DNA of 64,000 nucleotides from a virus (Duplodnaviria; Heunggongvirae; Uroviricota; Caudoviricetes): IMG/VR virus record IMGVR_UViG_2897328257_000003; one strand, 5' to 3'. Shown piece by piece: positions 63,075 to 64,000 of this stretch (position 1 is its first letter; each line of letters starts with the position of its first letter). The notes under the pieces were generated by a model. It saw only the letters and a program-made list of their open reading frames with translations, ran no database searches and was not told where the DNA came from. The position numbers and the translations under genes were made by a program.

Positions 63075-63300
63075 CAGACGCGCAATTATTGAACAAAAAT
63101 GAGAAAGGATCTGATAATGGCATTTTCTGGCTAAAATGCCTCGTGTCAGATCCTTTCTTTTTTTAATATTTTCATTGTTAAACAGTCTGTTACAGAGAAG
63201 AAGAACGGATCTGACTTTTGCCGGAAAATTTTCATAAACAGATAAAATCCGCGAGGTCGCCGCCCCGTAACGGGCCATAATTCCAGGAAGGACCCGACGA
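63075..63300 (-). promoter_or_regulatory. Lambda-type cos site 2 in inverted orientation, with lambda-like cosQ, cosN and cosB (R3/I1/palindrome)
   Basis: Minus-strand reading: cgggtccttcc...cgttacggggcggcgacctcgcggattttatctgtttatgaaaattttccgg...ccgttcttcttc...aaaagaaaggatctgaca...tgtcagatcctttc, colinear with lambda cos 1-190 as remembered; cosN complement AGGTCGCCGCCC at 63254-63265. Confidence 0.7.
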
Positions 63301-63329
63301 CACCAGGCTATCAGAACGATGGGGGCACA

Positions 63330-63611
63330 ATGACAGAAGCCGAACTACTGCGATTAATCCGCCGCGTTACCGGAATCAGCCAGCAGCATGACGAACAGGG
63401 CACGCAACCGGACAGCGTGACCGCTGAAAATTATGCGCGTGTTGTTGCTGAGGTGATGCGCCGTGATGGTATTGAGCTTAACGGCGTGGATATGCGCAAC
63501 ATACGAACCAGAGTCCTTGAGTTGCTGGCATACCGTCGCCGCGTGGAGATGTATCGGGAGAAGGAGAAAATCACGTACCACTGGAAGAAGCCGGAACGGT
63601 TGCGGCGGTAA
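63330..63611 (+). CDS. Conserved hypothetical 93-aa protein (homolog of 55738-56019)
   Basis: SD gatggggg; near-colinear with island-1 copy. Confidence 0.6.
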   Translation: MTEAELLRLIRRVTGISQQHDEQGTQPDSVTAENYARVVAEVMRRDGIELNGVDMRNIRTRVLELLAYRRRVEMYREKEKITYHWKKPERLRR

Positions 63612-63820
63612 CTCACTGAGATTAAAGCAAAGCTCAAAATTGCGCTGGCTGAATGATCATTATGATTACTTATGTTTACGCAGATGATTAAGGCCTAAAC
63701 CGTTGATTATTCCACAATCCCCCATTGGGGGAAGCTGGCGGTAACTGGTTGAACTTAAAGCAAAGCGCAAAATTGCGCTGGCTGAATAATCATTATGATT
63801 ACGCAGATGATTAAGGAATG
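63600..63820. repeat. Two direct repeats of about 80 bp flanking a CCCCCATTGGGGG palindrome
   Basis: Unit cggcggtaact...ttaaagcaaagc.caaaattgcgctggctgaat.atcattatgatta...cgcagatgattaagg at 63600-63695 and 63733-63815; motifs shared with island-1 right end. Confidence 0.55.
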
Positions 63821-64000
63821 ACCGAAGGCGGAAATTCGCCTGTGGTTGATGGGGGAGTTGCAGATCTGCAACTCGACCATGAAATTACGGAAACTACCCG
63901 TAGTTTGGGTAGTAAGAGCAACACCCAGATTTTGGGGCTTACTCGTGATACCCAAATTTGGGGTATCGGCGGCAACCATAACGACTTTCGTTACGGTTGA
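63818..64000 (+). CDS. Hypothetical 60-aa ORF overlapping a repeat-rich region; coding status doubtful
   Basis: Six-frame ORF; region contains palindromic motifs (ctacccgtagtttgggtag, cccagattttgggg, cccaaatttgggg), so it may be non-coding. Confidence 0.2.
   Translation: MTEGGNSPVVDGGVADLQLDHEITETTRSLGSKSNTQILGLTRDTQIWGIGGNHNDFRYG

Larger units (their letters stand above)
56445..64000 (+). mobile_element. Island 2 (partial; continues past window end): PICI-like satellite with lambda-type gpE/gpD/cos/Nu1 module; no integrase as assembled
   Basis: Shares control region, small ORF, SSB, PerC-like and 93-aa genes with island 1 but has a different primase/iteron set and a lambda-like packaging module. 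Confidence 0.6.

Noticed and set aside
63075-63300. Lambdoid prophage starting at the inverted cos
   Set aside because: A prophage in that orientation would have Nu1 and gpA genes on the minus strand to the left and lysis genes to the right; neither is present, so this is treated as a stand-alone cos site within the satellite.
41694-64000. Dedicated anti-phage defence system (restriction, Abi, CBASS-like and so on) inside the islands
   Set aside because: All large ORFs are accounted for by integration, replication and capsid/packaging functions; no nuclease/ATPase/methylase-sized unassigned ORFs are present in the resolved sequence.

Overview
Only about 27.7 kb of this window is real sequence (36270-64000); positions 1-36269 are N, and three internal N gaps (43242-43252, 44213-44835, 56434-56444) sit at repeat boundaries, so junctions there are uncertain. 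The resolved part starts with Escherichia-type chromosome: a YkgJ-like ORF abutting potB, then potB, potA, pepT and roxA/ycfD; potC/potD are not found downstream of potB. Immediately upstream of roxA lie at least two phage-satellite-like islands in tandem. Island 1 (about 41.7-56.4 kb) looks like a capsid-forming PICI: P4-type tyrosine integrase, AlpA, P4-family primase followed by an iteron ori, SSB, PerC-like regulator, then an HK97-type head module (major capsid, prohead protease, portal, two connector proteins), HNH endonuclease, TerS and TerL, with no tail genes. Island 2 (56445 to beyond the window end) shares the regulatory/replication backbone with island 1 but has a different primase and iteron set, no integrase as assembled, and a lambda-type packaging module: a gpE-like major capsid protein, a gpD-like decoration protein, a lambda-like cos site, a Nu1-like small terminase, and a second, more lambda-like cos in inverted orientation. 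It has no portal, protease or large terminase. All calls rest on by-eye comparison with remembered protein families; no database search was run.
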